Assembly (NCBI GenBank): GCA_031835245.2
Contig: JAVKOQ020000014.1
Span: forward strand, 124,001-188,000
Origin: Balamuthia mandrillaris
Taxonomy: Eukaryota
DNA length: 64,000 bases
Direction of reading: 5' to 3'
The position numbers and the translations under genes were made by a program. Shown piece by piece: positions 38,614-51,457 of the stretch (position 1 is the stretch's first letter; each line of letters starts with the position of its first letter). The notes under the pieces were generated by a model, which saw only the letters and a list, made by a program, of their open reading frames with translations, did no database searches and was not told where the DNA came from.

Positions 38614-41367
38614 TCACCAATAATCACCACAAGAGCAATTGCCATCAGGGGAAAACTGATGGAAACGATTGGCATCTCTCACTAAAATCTCTCGCCGTGT
38701 CACCTTGGCAATGAACTTGGTGGCTGTGTGACAGTCCCCACAGACTCTCAAGTTCTTAATAATGCACAATGGCTCGCCTGGTGGAGTAGAAAGCAGTCCA
38801 AATGCAATGGCCAGCTTCTCACTATGAGCGCACAGCTCCACTTCCTTTTGCTCATCAGGCACGTCATGCAGCACCCAGTCTGTGTCTGGTTTATAACCCG
38901 CAGCCTTCATTTGCTGGCTCAGCCTATCCAGCTCCTGATAAATCTCTACGCTGCGTGGGTGGCTGCAGTCCTTCACCACAAAGCTGTGCACTTGCCCATC
39001 CACTGTTATCCAGCTTTTTCCAGGCTCTTTCTTCACCTTGCGTTCCTTCATCTCGTTTCGCACCTTTTCCACATCTGCCCATTGTCCTGCAGCAGCAAAG
39101 ATATTGGACAGCACCACAAAGGGTGCTGCACCTTGTTGCCCCAATTTGATGGCCTGCTCTGCTGCTCGTTCTGCTCGCTTCACGTCTTTTGCTCCTCTGC
39201 ATGCCCCCAGCAACGTCATCCAGGTCACCGAATTAGGTGGCACATCCATGCTATTAATTAGTGCCTCCGCCTCGTCCAACCTTCTTGCCCTTCCCAGTAA
39301 GTCAACTACACATGTGTAATGATCCACCGTTGGCTGGATCCCATGCTTCTCTTTCATGTCAGCAAAGCAAGCCATGCCCTCTTCAATGAGCCCTGCATGG
39401 CTGCATGCATTGAGTACGTTGGTGAAGGTGATCACATCTGGTGCTACACCTTGTTGTCTCATAGCATGAAATGTGGCAAGTGCCTCCTTGCCTTGTCCTG
39501 ACAGGCCATAAGCAGCAATCATTGCATTCCAAGAGATTATATTACGTTCGTTCATCTCCTGGAACACAATGTATGCATCATCCACCTTCCCGCACTTGCC
39601 ATACATGTTGATTAAGGCATTTGACAGAAGAACATCAGGGAGGAAACCACCGCAGAGGAGCTGAGAGTGCACAAACTTGCCCATCTTCCAGTCCGCCGTG
39701 CTAGCACATGCTTTGAGTATACTTCCATAAGTGAAGGAGTCTGGTGGCACACCAGCCTGCTGCATTTGTTGGAACAGCTCAAGAGCTTCCTTCCCATTAC
39801 CATTCTGGACTTCTTCTGTGATCATTGAGTTCCATGCCACCGTATTGTATTCGTTCATCCCTTGGAAGACAGCACGTGCCTCCTCTATCTTCCCACACTT
39901 GCCATACATTCCTATGAGAGAGGATGACAAAAGGGGGTCGGGTAGAAAGTGGTGAGAGAGAAGTTGTGTATGGATGCGCTTGCCCGTCTCCAAATCCTCT
40001 CCAATTGCACATGCTTTGAGAACAGAGGCGTAGGTAAATGAGTTTGGTAGCACGCCTGCCTGTTGCATCTGTTGGTAGAGTTCGAGGGCTTCCCACCAGC
40101 ATCCACACTGTACTTCCTCTGCAATCATTGAGTTCCACATCGCTACATCACGTTTCTTCATCCCCTGGAAAACTGCACGTGCCTCCTCCATCTTCCCACA
40201 CCTGGCATACATGCTTATGAGGGAGGTTGATAGAACAACATCAGGAAAGAAGCCACCATGAAGAAGCTGGGTATGAATACGCTTGCCCGCCTCCAAGTCC
40301 TCTGCAATTGTGCATGCTTTAAGGACAATAGCATAGGTGAAGGAGTCCGGTGGCACGCCAGCCTGTTGCATCCTTTGAAATAGCTCAAGGGCCTCTTTCC
40401 CATGTTCGTGCTGGGTTTCCTCCCCAATCATTGCATTCCACGTCACTACATTGCGTTCCTTCATCCCTTGGAACACTGCACGTGCATCATTCATCTTTCC
40501 ACACTTTCCATACAGGCTTATGAGGGCAGTTGATAGGACAACGTCTGGTAGGAAGCCGTGATCGAGGAGCTGAGCATGGACGCGCTTGCCCATCTCCAAG
40601 TCCTCTACATTTGCGCATGCTTTGAGGGCAATAGCATAGGTGAAGGCGTCTGGTGGCACACCTGCTTGTGGCATCCGTTGAAACAGCTCAAGGACCTCCT
40701 TGTGGTGTCCGCACTGTGAGTAGGCTTGCATCAAGGCGTTCCATGTCCACACATTGCGCTCCTCAGTTTGCTCAAACACTGCAAGGGCCAAGTCTATCCT
40801 ACCGCACAGGCCATAGGTGCTGATGAGAGAAGTGGAGAGGTGGGGAGAAAGCGGGCGAGAAGAGAGGGAGAGGAGGTGGGAATGCACACGCTGACTCTCC
40901 TTCAACGTTCTTTCCCTCTTGCACCGCTTCAACAGCTCCATGTAGACTCTCTCTTTTGCTCTCACTCCAACCTTTTCCATCTCCCCCAACGTGGCGGCCA
41001 GTGCCCGTCCCTGAAGTCGGCCCTCTCCTCGTGCCAGGGCTTGCAGCTGCCGGGTGTAGTCTCTCTTCGTCTTGCTTCCCCCCGTGTTCATGCCAGCTGC
41101 TCTGCCCTGTCTGTGCGGCTCGTCCGCCCTCTTCCAGTTGCTCACTGTACGCTCCCCTGTGACGATGATGAACGAAAACGGTTGAAGAAAACGTCCCAAA
41201 AAAAAAACAACCGTGAAAGAGAGCGCACCGCTACAGGAGAAAGAGGAGGAGGGGTGGTAGGTGCACGTGGAGGGAAGGCAAAAGGAAGTGCACAACGGCG
41301 AGTGCAACCCACGCGGCAGCTGCAAAACCTTCTCCATTGCTCCGGGCACACTTCTGCGGGGCCACAT
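38614..41367 (-). CDS. PLS-class PPR protein with E1, E2 and complete DYW cytidine-deaminase domain (C-to-U RNA editing factor type); probable in-frame intron 41157-41228
   Basis: 17 L/S/P motifs ending P2-L2-S2, E motifs, PG box (PGKSWI), HSEKLAIAFG, KNLRVCGDCH and C-terminal CSCGDYW. The N-terminus is Ser/Arg-rich and presequence-like. Confidence 0.95.
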   Translation of the reverse strand: MWPRRSVPGAMEKVLQLPRGLHSPLCTSFCLPSTCTYHPSSSFSCSGALSFTVVFFLGRFLQPFSFIIVTGERTVSNWKRADEPHRQGRAAGMNTGGSKTKRDYTRQLQALARGEGRLQGRALAATLGEMEKVGVRAKERVYMELLKRCKRERTLKESQRVHSHLLSLSSRPLSPHLSTSLISTYGLCGRIDLALAVFEQTEERNVWTWNALMQAYSQCGHHKEVLELFQRMPQAGVPPDAFTYAIALKACANVEDLEMGKRVHAQLLDHGFLPDVVLSTALISLYGKCGKMNDARAVFQGMKERNVVTWNAMIGEETQHEHGKEALELFQRMQQAGVPPDSFTYAIVLKACTIAEDLEAGKRIHTQLLHGGFFPDVVLSTSLISMYARCGKMEEARAVFQGMKKRDVAMWNSMIAEEVQCGCWWEALELYQQMQQAGVLPNSFTYASVLKACAIGEDLETGKRIHTQLLSHHFLPDPLLSSSLIGMYGKCGKIEEARAVFQGMNEYNTVAWNSMITEEVQNGNGKEALELFQQMQQAGVPPDSFTYGSILKACASTADWKMGKFVHSQLLCGGFLPDVLLSNALINMYGKCGKVDDAYIVFQEMNERNIISWNAMIAAYGLSGQGKEALATFHAMRQQGVAPDVITFTNVLNACSHAGLIEEGMACFADMKEKHGIQPTVDHYTCVVDLLGRARRLDEAEALINSMDVPPNSVTWMTLLGACRGAKDVKRAERAAEQAIKLGQQGAAPFVVLSNIFAAAGQWADVEKVRNEMKERKVKKEPGKSWITVDGQVHSFVVKDCSHPRSVEIYQELDRLSQQMKAAGYKPDTDWVLHDVPDEQKEVELCAHSEKLAIAFGLLSTPPGEPLCIIKNLRVCGDCHTATKFIAKVTRREILVRDANRFHQFSPDGNCSCGDYW

Positions 41368-41695
41368 TTGCGTTCCTTCTCCTTCTCTCTTTTTACGTCG
41401 ACCACAGAAAATAAATTAAAATAAATAAATGGCCACCAAAAAAAATAAAATAAAATTTAATGGGATGGAGGACGGATGGATGGGGATGGATGGAGGGATG
41501 GGGGGATGGAGGGATGGAGGGATGGAGGGATGGAGGGATGGAGGGATGGAGGGATGGAGGGATGGAGGGATGCCGTGCTGCTTGCTATGCCTGACTTTCT
41601 TTATTATTGTTTTTTCTATTCTAAACATTGGTATAAACAACGCATAAACAAAAAGGAAACCCAACCATTCTTTCTTTTTGTACAGTTTTAAGAAC

Positions 41696-42514
41696 TTAGA
41701 ACTTGGGGGCTGTGGTAGCCCAAGTATCAGCGTCATGAAAAAAGTTCCATTCTCCATCATAAGAACCAATTACTGCAGGAACAGGTTGTTGGATGGCCTC
41801 TAAACGCCAGAAGGAAGACTTGTACCAAGCCGCAGTTGGTTTGAGGCCTAGATTGGCCCAAAAAGGGAGCCGGTCCTCCCAGCCTGGGTCCTCATACTCG
41901 GTGAAATTACGCACTATATCGGTCATGCTGAAGCCCATCCCTGACACAAGCTTCTGCACTCCAAACCACTTTTGTTTATTGCATTCCAATGTTGTCAATC
42001 CAAAGTAGATTACACTTCCTGCAATTGGTTGACGCCAAAACAAACGAAGCGAGTCAGTTAGCGCGACAATAAAAATAACTGCACAAAAAAATAAGAAAGG
42101 AAAGTAAATACCGGGTCCTTTCAAAGAGGCCACACCGCGAGAAAGAAAGACTTTACAGCCTTCCACAGTTTCAACAGGATCGCTGGCAAACACATCGAAA
42201 CTCCTCTGGAATGACTGAGGAAGGGCAAATCTAGCATCATAGAGATGAGCCTCCAACCGAAGATTGTAACGCTTTGCTGCAGCGTTGAGGAAATCAATGA
42301 GACGTTGGTCAGCTTCCACGCATACTACCCTCTCGGGCAGTCCTGTAAGAGCACATGCCAAGGACAGAAGGTCATCGTCCCCTAATATAAATATTCTTTT
42401 GCCAAGCAGGTCGCCCCGTGCATGCATAAAACCTACTCTGTGTAATGCGTGTTGTGGGCTCATATACCACTATATCATGGTTGTTAGACCCTTTCGCTCT
42501 TATGGCCAGACTTT

Positions 42515-42556
<42 letters not shown>

Positions 42557-42565
42557 GGAGGGAGG

Positions 42566-42607
<42 letters not shown>

Positions 42608-43340
42608 ACCTGGTCAAACTCTTCTTTCGCACTCGGGCGAGTAGCAGCAATTTCATTGAATAGGTGAAGTAAATTGAAGTTGGAGGGACAGTGGTAACCC
42701 CTGGTTTCGCACTGGCAACAGGGTTGCGTCGATGACATTCCCACTATATCGTTTGTTGCCGCTGTATCAGTGTTAAAGTAACGTTGCAGCGCCTTATCCG
42801 CCTTCTCTGTAAGTTTTAGCTGTTGTTGTCACAAAACATGAGAACCACGTCTTCTTCACAAAAAATAAGAGAGAGCAGAGAGCAGAGAGCAGAGAGCAGA
42901 GAGCAGAGAGCAGAGAGCAGAGAGGGAGAACGCACTACGCCTTCTTCAAGGACAGCCCAGCCCTCCTGTTGCAGGCGTTGAAGCTGATCATAAAAGTCAC
43001 GCAAGGAAGCGTCCTGCAAGTTAAGCAAGGCGCAAGGGTCCATTTTCCCTTCCTTAGCCTTTGTTTTCAGTGTATATAGCAGCCTCAGCAAGTCTGCCGC
43101 TGGCACAGTTGCTCCCTCCTCTTGCCTCGGTGGGTGGAAGTCACTTGGTGGTTCTTGCTCTGCTGCTTCCTTCATTTTTTGAGGGAGTGCCTCAAATGAA
43201 CACCCACCAGCAGCAGCAGTCATTTGCTGGTGGCCAGCAGCTGACAACCGGCAGCAGGAGGGCTCTCCTCTAGGCGCTACCAAAGCTGTGGCCGGGCTAG
43301 TATCCGTTCTCGTCGCAGTGCAACTATCAGCCAGCAACAT
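41696..43340 (-). CDS. bpsA: BpsA-like branched-chain polyamine synthase (N4-bis(aminopropyl)spermidine synthase, DUF43), paralogue 1; exons 43340-42936, 42819-42610, 42469-42112, 42018-41696 (431 aa)
   Basis: CCQCETRG, RPSAKEEFDQ, MHARGDLLGKRIFILGDDDLLS, LTGLPERV, FDVFASDPVET, FLSRGVASLKGPG, YFGLT, KW..VQK, TDIVRNFTEY and WYKS are collinear with archaeal BpsA. The spliced frame is open. Confidence 0.9.
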
Positions 43341-43796
43341 TTTTTCGCTTGTGTCTTTCTTCGTCTTCTTCTTCTTCTTCTTCGGGCAGTGAAGAAAAAG
43401 GGTTTAGCAGGCAAACAACAATCAGAAAACCAGAAAATAAAATTGGGAGTTGTGGTGGGTGGGCCGCCTTCAGGAAAGAAGAAGGGGGAGCGGAACGTAC
43501 GCTCTCCTTTTTTTGACCGGATATCCTTTTAAAGTATATATCTTAGATTATGATCGATCTATATTACATTAGCATACCTAATATACGCATGGCAGATGAA
43601 TTGCGGGCAGCTCATTGGTTGCCATGATGCCGCAAGTTACACTTGTCCGCAAAAAATCGCAAATGAGGGGGAAAGGAAGAAGGGCGTTGGCAAGCGGTGG
43701 TGCTCTTCCCTAACAACAAAGCTTCTTCTGTTTCTTCTTCTTCTCCTTCTTCTTCGATTGTTGTTCAAAAGCGAACACGAACAGCAGCAACAAGGA

Positions 43797-45060
43797 ATGA
43801 AAAGCCTGGATTGGAAGACAAGCTTGTCAGAGGAGGTACGCTCCCGCCATATGAGGCTAGTGGCTGAGGCGGCCTCCCGCAGAGGGCTGAAGGAAGAGCA
43901 GTTTCATGTGGCACCCATTGTCAGCTGGGACAACACCATCTACGTGGTGCGGACGGAAAAGCACAAGGGAGGGGTCATGGTCGCGCGGTTCCCCACGCGG
44001 CCTCCTTCCGCTCGTCCTCCGCAACATAGCCCTGCAACGCAAGCCGCCATTGCACGGGTCTTACAACGACATGGTACCCCTCCTTCCCCTCGTATTTTTG
44101 TTTCTTTGCTGATCAACGGTGGATGCAACAGGAGTGGTAGGGCCAACTCCTCTTGAGGTAAACCTGGAAGAAGACTTTTTATTGGAGACTTATGTTGAAG
44201 GGAGCAACTTTGGTGATGTATTCGAGGAGCTGGCAGCTACAACAACGAACGGCTCAGAGAGCAAAGAAGAGCGGGAAGCGTACCAAAAAGAGCAACGAGA
44301 AGCGGTGTTTGTGCAGCTAGGAGGAGTGCTACGGCGGTTACACAGCATAAAGACGGAGGGCTATGGGCTGGTGAGCTACGACGAGTCCGCCTACAACCAG
44401 CTGAGGGGAATCTCTTCCTGTTGGCTCGACTTTTGCGAGCAGCACTTCATGGGAGGGTTGAGGGCACTGGAGGAGGCCGCCGCTCTTCCCCCCGACCTTC
44501 TGAAAGAGCTCTCTCGGCTCTACCACCGCTATCAGCCCTATCTGGCCGCCTTTGACAAGCCTTGCCTTGTTCATGCCGATCTCAATGATGACAACATTCG
44601 GGTGATTCTACAACCGTCATCACAACAGCAGCCACAACTACCACAACAACTGCCAGCAGAAGCAAAAGCACCCCAACAACAACAACAACAACAACAACGG
44701 AACAAACAGGAAATTCCCAAGAATGGAGGAGGAACAGAGCTAAAGATAAGCGGTCTCTTGGACTTTTGCGATTCCCTCTCGGGAGACCCTCTCTACGACT
44801 TTGGGTCTTTGCTGGAGGATGAAGGTCCCTCCGTGATGGGCTGGGTGGAGCAAGGCTACGGCGAATGGAGCCAGCAACAAAAGGAACTAATCTTCTTCTA
44901 CGCTATCTTCATAACAGTCTACTACATGACGGAGGGAGGCGTTCGTTACAAACGCCTGCCCAAGTACACCCAAAAGTTGCGCCTCTTTTTGTCGCGTTTG
45001 CTGCGCAACGACGTGGACCTCTGCTCTGCTTCTGGTGTTGACCACCTGTCTGCTTCGTGA
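43797..45060 (+). CDS. APH/choline-kinase-fold phosphotransferase; intron 44074-44131 (401 aa)
   Basis: VARFP, LLETYVEG, LGGVLRRLHSI..GYG, LVHADLNDDNI (Brenner motif) and GLLDFCDSLSGDPLYDF. Confidence 0.88.
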
Positions 45061-45253
45061 CCTTATGATTATTGATAAAGCCTTTTATTTATTTTTTATT
45101 GTCTTCTTCTTTCACGTAATATAAATGTGTGTTTTCTTCTTCAGGAGAGCAAGTATACCCACTCGTGTGGTATATTGAAAGAAAACAGAAGAAGCTGCTG
45201 CACCAAAAGAAAAGGGGAGAAGTAGTGAGTGAGGGAGGCGAGGGCGAAAGAAA

Positions 45254-46649
45254 ATGGAAAATACCAAACAAGTCACTGAGACTGGAGGAGAGGCACTGGC
45301 GCTGCACCTCCTGACCAAGTTGCGAGAAAAGGGAGAGCTCTCGCCGTGGAAGCTGCTCTGCCTCCAGGACAAGACCCTTCAAGAGTTTTACGAAGCCGTG
45401 GAAAGCCTTAAACAGCGAGGTCTTATCGAGCTCACTCCCGAAGCCAAAGTACGTCAACCTTTTTTGAGGGTTTTATGCCATTTTGTGGTGTGTGGTGTGT
45501 TGAGGAGGGAGGCATGGGTGTGTGGTGTTGCGTGTCTTTTCGTTATGCGCCGAGAAGCGAGGTTGCCGCTCACCACAAAGCTGCAACCCACCTACCTCCG
45601 CCGCCACTCCCACAAAAAAAAAAATAATAATATTCTGCACAGCGGCTGAGGTTGACCAAGGAAGGAAAGGACCATTTGGCGCAAGTGGCGGGAGAGAACC
45701 CATCGCTCTTTGACTTCAAGTGCGGCAAGTGTGAGGGCAAAGGCTACACTGTGGCCTCCGATGAAGCCTTCCTTGCCAGGTACAAGAAGCTGTTGGAGAC
45801 ACGCCCTCTCCCTACCGAGCAGTATGACCAGGTTGGTAGAACTTAAGGACCACGCGAACACAAGAAAAACCCTGGCTTTTCATATTGGTGTCCTACAAAA
45901 GACTGACCAACCAACCAAACAAACGACCAAACCAACAGACGTCGATAACAGCAGAGGACGCGGTGATAAGGGTAGGCTTTTTCCATGAACGAGGAGACCT
46001 GCTGAACAAGGACTTGTTGATGATAGGCGACTTTGACTGCCTGTCGATAGTGGCGGCATTGACAGGACTGCCAAGGAGGGTGTTGGTGTTGGATGTGGAC
46101 GACCGACTCATCGCCTACATTAACCAAGTGGCGGAGGAGACGGGCACCTCCCACATCTTAAAGGCTGAAAAGTTCGATGTAAGGCAGCCATTGCCGGAGA
46201 GCTACAGAGGCTCTTTTGACGTGTTCTCTAGTGACCCGGTGGAGACTCTGGAAGGAATCAAGCTCTACCTGTCTCGTGGAGTGAGCGGGCTGCGTAACTC
46301 CCTCAGCAGCTGTGCCTACATTGGGCTGACCACACTGGAAGCCTCTCGCAAGAAGTGGTATGACATCCAGAAGCTGCTCTTTGACATGAACCTGGTGGTT
46401 ACCGACATTCGCCGCAACTTCAACGAGTATCCTGATACCGGCCTGGAGGAGATGCACATCATATACGAGAAGTTGGGCTGTGTGCCCGATTGCGTGTGGT
46501 ACTGGGCTGCCCTTTTGAGGGTGGAGTGCGTTGGCGTGCCTTCTCCTCTCATCACTGGCGCCTACGACGATCAGCAAGGACCTGACATCTACCTTGATGA
46601 CGAAGCCTGGGCCACCCCTATCCTTCCTTCCTCCTCCTCTTCTTCCTAA
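45254..46649 (+). CDS. bpsA: BpsA-like paralogue 2 with GDFD in place of GDDD; exons 45254-45448, 45643-45831, 45939-46649 (364 aa)
   Basis: CGKCEGKG, RPLPTEQYDQ, HERGDLLNKDLLMIGDFD, LTGLPRRVLVLDVDDRL, FDVRQPLP, FDVFSSDPVET, YIGLTTLEASRKKWYDIQK and VVTDIRRNFNEY. Confidence 0.9.
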
Positions 46650-46672
46650 TAGGTTTCGCGGTGAGGCACTAA

Positions 46673-50032
<3,360 letters not shown>

Positions 50033-50259
50033 GTTCCCCCAACCGCCTTGTTGTTGTTGTTGTTGGCCTGCACTGCGCTTCCTCCTTGCTTCTCCCCTTC
50101 AGCCCGCCCCTACCCCCTGCTGCTTTGCTTTTGCAGTTTTGGCGGGAAACGCAGGGTTGGCCCCTCAGCAAAGCTGGCCGATTTCCATCGCGCTGGCAAC
50201 GGATGGATTTCCGCCAGAATCCCGCAAACTGTTTTTTCACACGCACACAAACCGAAAGG

Positions 50260-50570
50260 ATGAGGAGGAGGGGGACTGCCGCAACCTTGGCTCGTTGCTC
50301 TCCCGCTCTGTCTTGTGGCAGGTGGTGGCGCCACCCTCCCTATATGGTGTCGCTGCGACCCAGCGCCAGGGTCATCGCTTCTACGGTTGAGATTGGTGGT
50401 AACATCCGCGCTGCGCCGTTGCTGTGCCGGAGCGCTACCTCCTGTCGTTCATTCAACAGTGCAACGTACTCTCTTCTCTTCTCTTCTCTTCATCTTCTCT
50501 TCTCTTCTCTTCTCTTCTCTTCTCTTCTCTTCCCTTCTTTCCTTCCTTCTTCTTCCCTTCCTTCCTTCTT

Positions 50571-50610
<40 letters not shown>

Positions 50611-51340
50611 TACACTTACGCTTCCCACTCGGCAGTGACCACACCTCGTCAACAGAGACCAATCAAAACAACGTCGATCTCAACACCTTCAACGAGGTGG
50701 CAGAGGAGGTGCTTCTTGGCATACAGGAGAGGCTTGAGGTGCTGGAGGAGCATGACCTACCCGAGTTTGACATGGAATACGCGGTATCGGGTGGCTTCTC
50801 TTTTTCAAGCACTACCCTCCCAAAAGATAACCTTTATGGTGTTTTGAAAAAAAAAACCACAATGCATGCAGGACGGCGTGTTGACCATTCGATTGGGGGA
50901 CAAAGGAACCTACGTGCTCAACAAGCAAACGCCCAACCGCCAGATATGGTTTTCTTCGCCACTAAGGTACACAGTCTAAGAGAGAAAGAGAGAGAGAGAT
51001 AGAGAGAGAGAGAGAATAAAAGAGAAGAGAGAGAACTAAAAGGAAGGGAGAGGAAAGAGGAAGAATAGCACAAGAAGAAGAAGAAGAAGAAGAAGAAGAA
51101 GAAGAAGAAGAACAAGCAGAAGAGCGAAGAAGAACAAGATGAAGGTGAGGATGAAGAAAAGTCAAGAAGAAGAAGGCTTCTAAGCTGTTTTCAGCAACTA
51201 ACGACAACACTTTCAGTGGGCCAAAGCGGTTCGACTTTATGCCGAGCACACAACAGTGGTTGGATGCCCGAGACAAGAAGACAAACCTACAGGAGCGTCT
51301 CTACGAGGAAATAAGTACATTGTGTGGCGTTAAAGTTTGA
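50260..51340 (+). CDS. FXN: Mitochondrial frataxin, multi-exon
   Basis: Arg-rich presequence, then [52 protein letters not shown]. Confidence 0.92.
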
Positions 51341-51457
51341 CAAGCAGAGAGCACTGTTACGCCCTCTGTCACCTTCCAAGCCGTTGTTTAGATGCAGGAG
51401 AGGAACAATTGTGATCTATTTATTCTATTTCAAAGTTGGCAGATGAAGAGAAACCTA

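Noticed and set aside
39400..40800. ~300-bp tandem DNA repeats
   Set aside because: They are the coding PLS triplets of the PPR gene, not a CRISPR array or satellite.
41461..41571. (GGATGGAG)n G-rich tract
   Set aside because: A simple repeat; G-quadruplex function cannot be supported from sequence alone.
43797..45060. Aminoglycoside-resistance gene or MtnK call
   Set aside because: Only fold-level motifs are present; MtnK signatures are absent and the substrate is unknown.
41696..46649. Prokaryotic contamination as the source of bpsA
   Set aside because: The genes have GT-AG introns with host-type microsatellites and abut MCM6 (23-bp gap).
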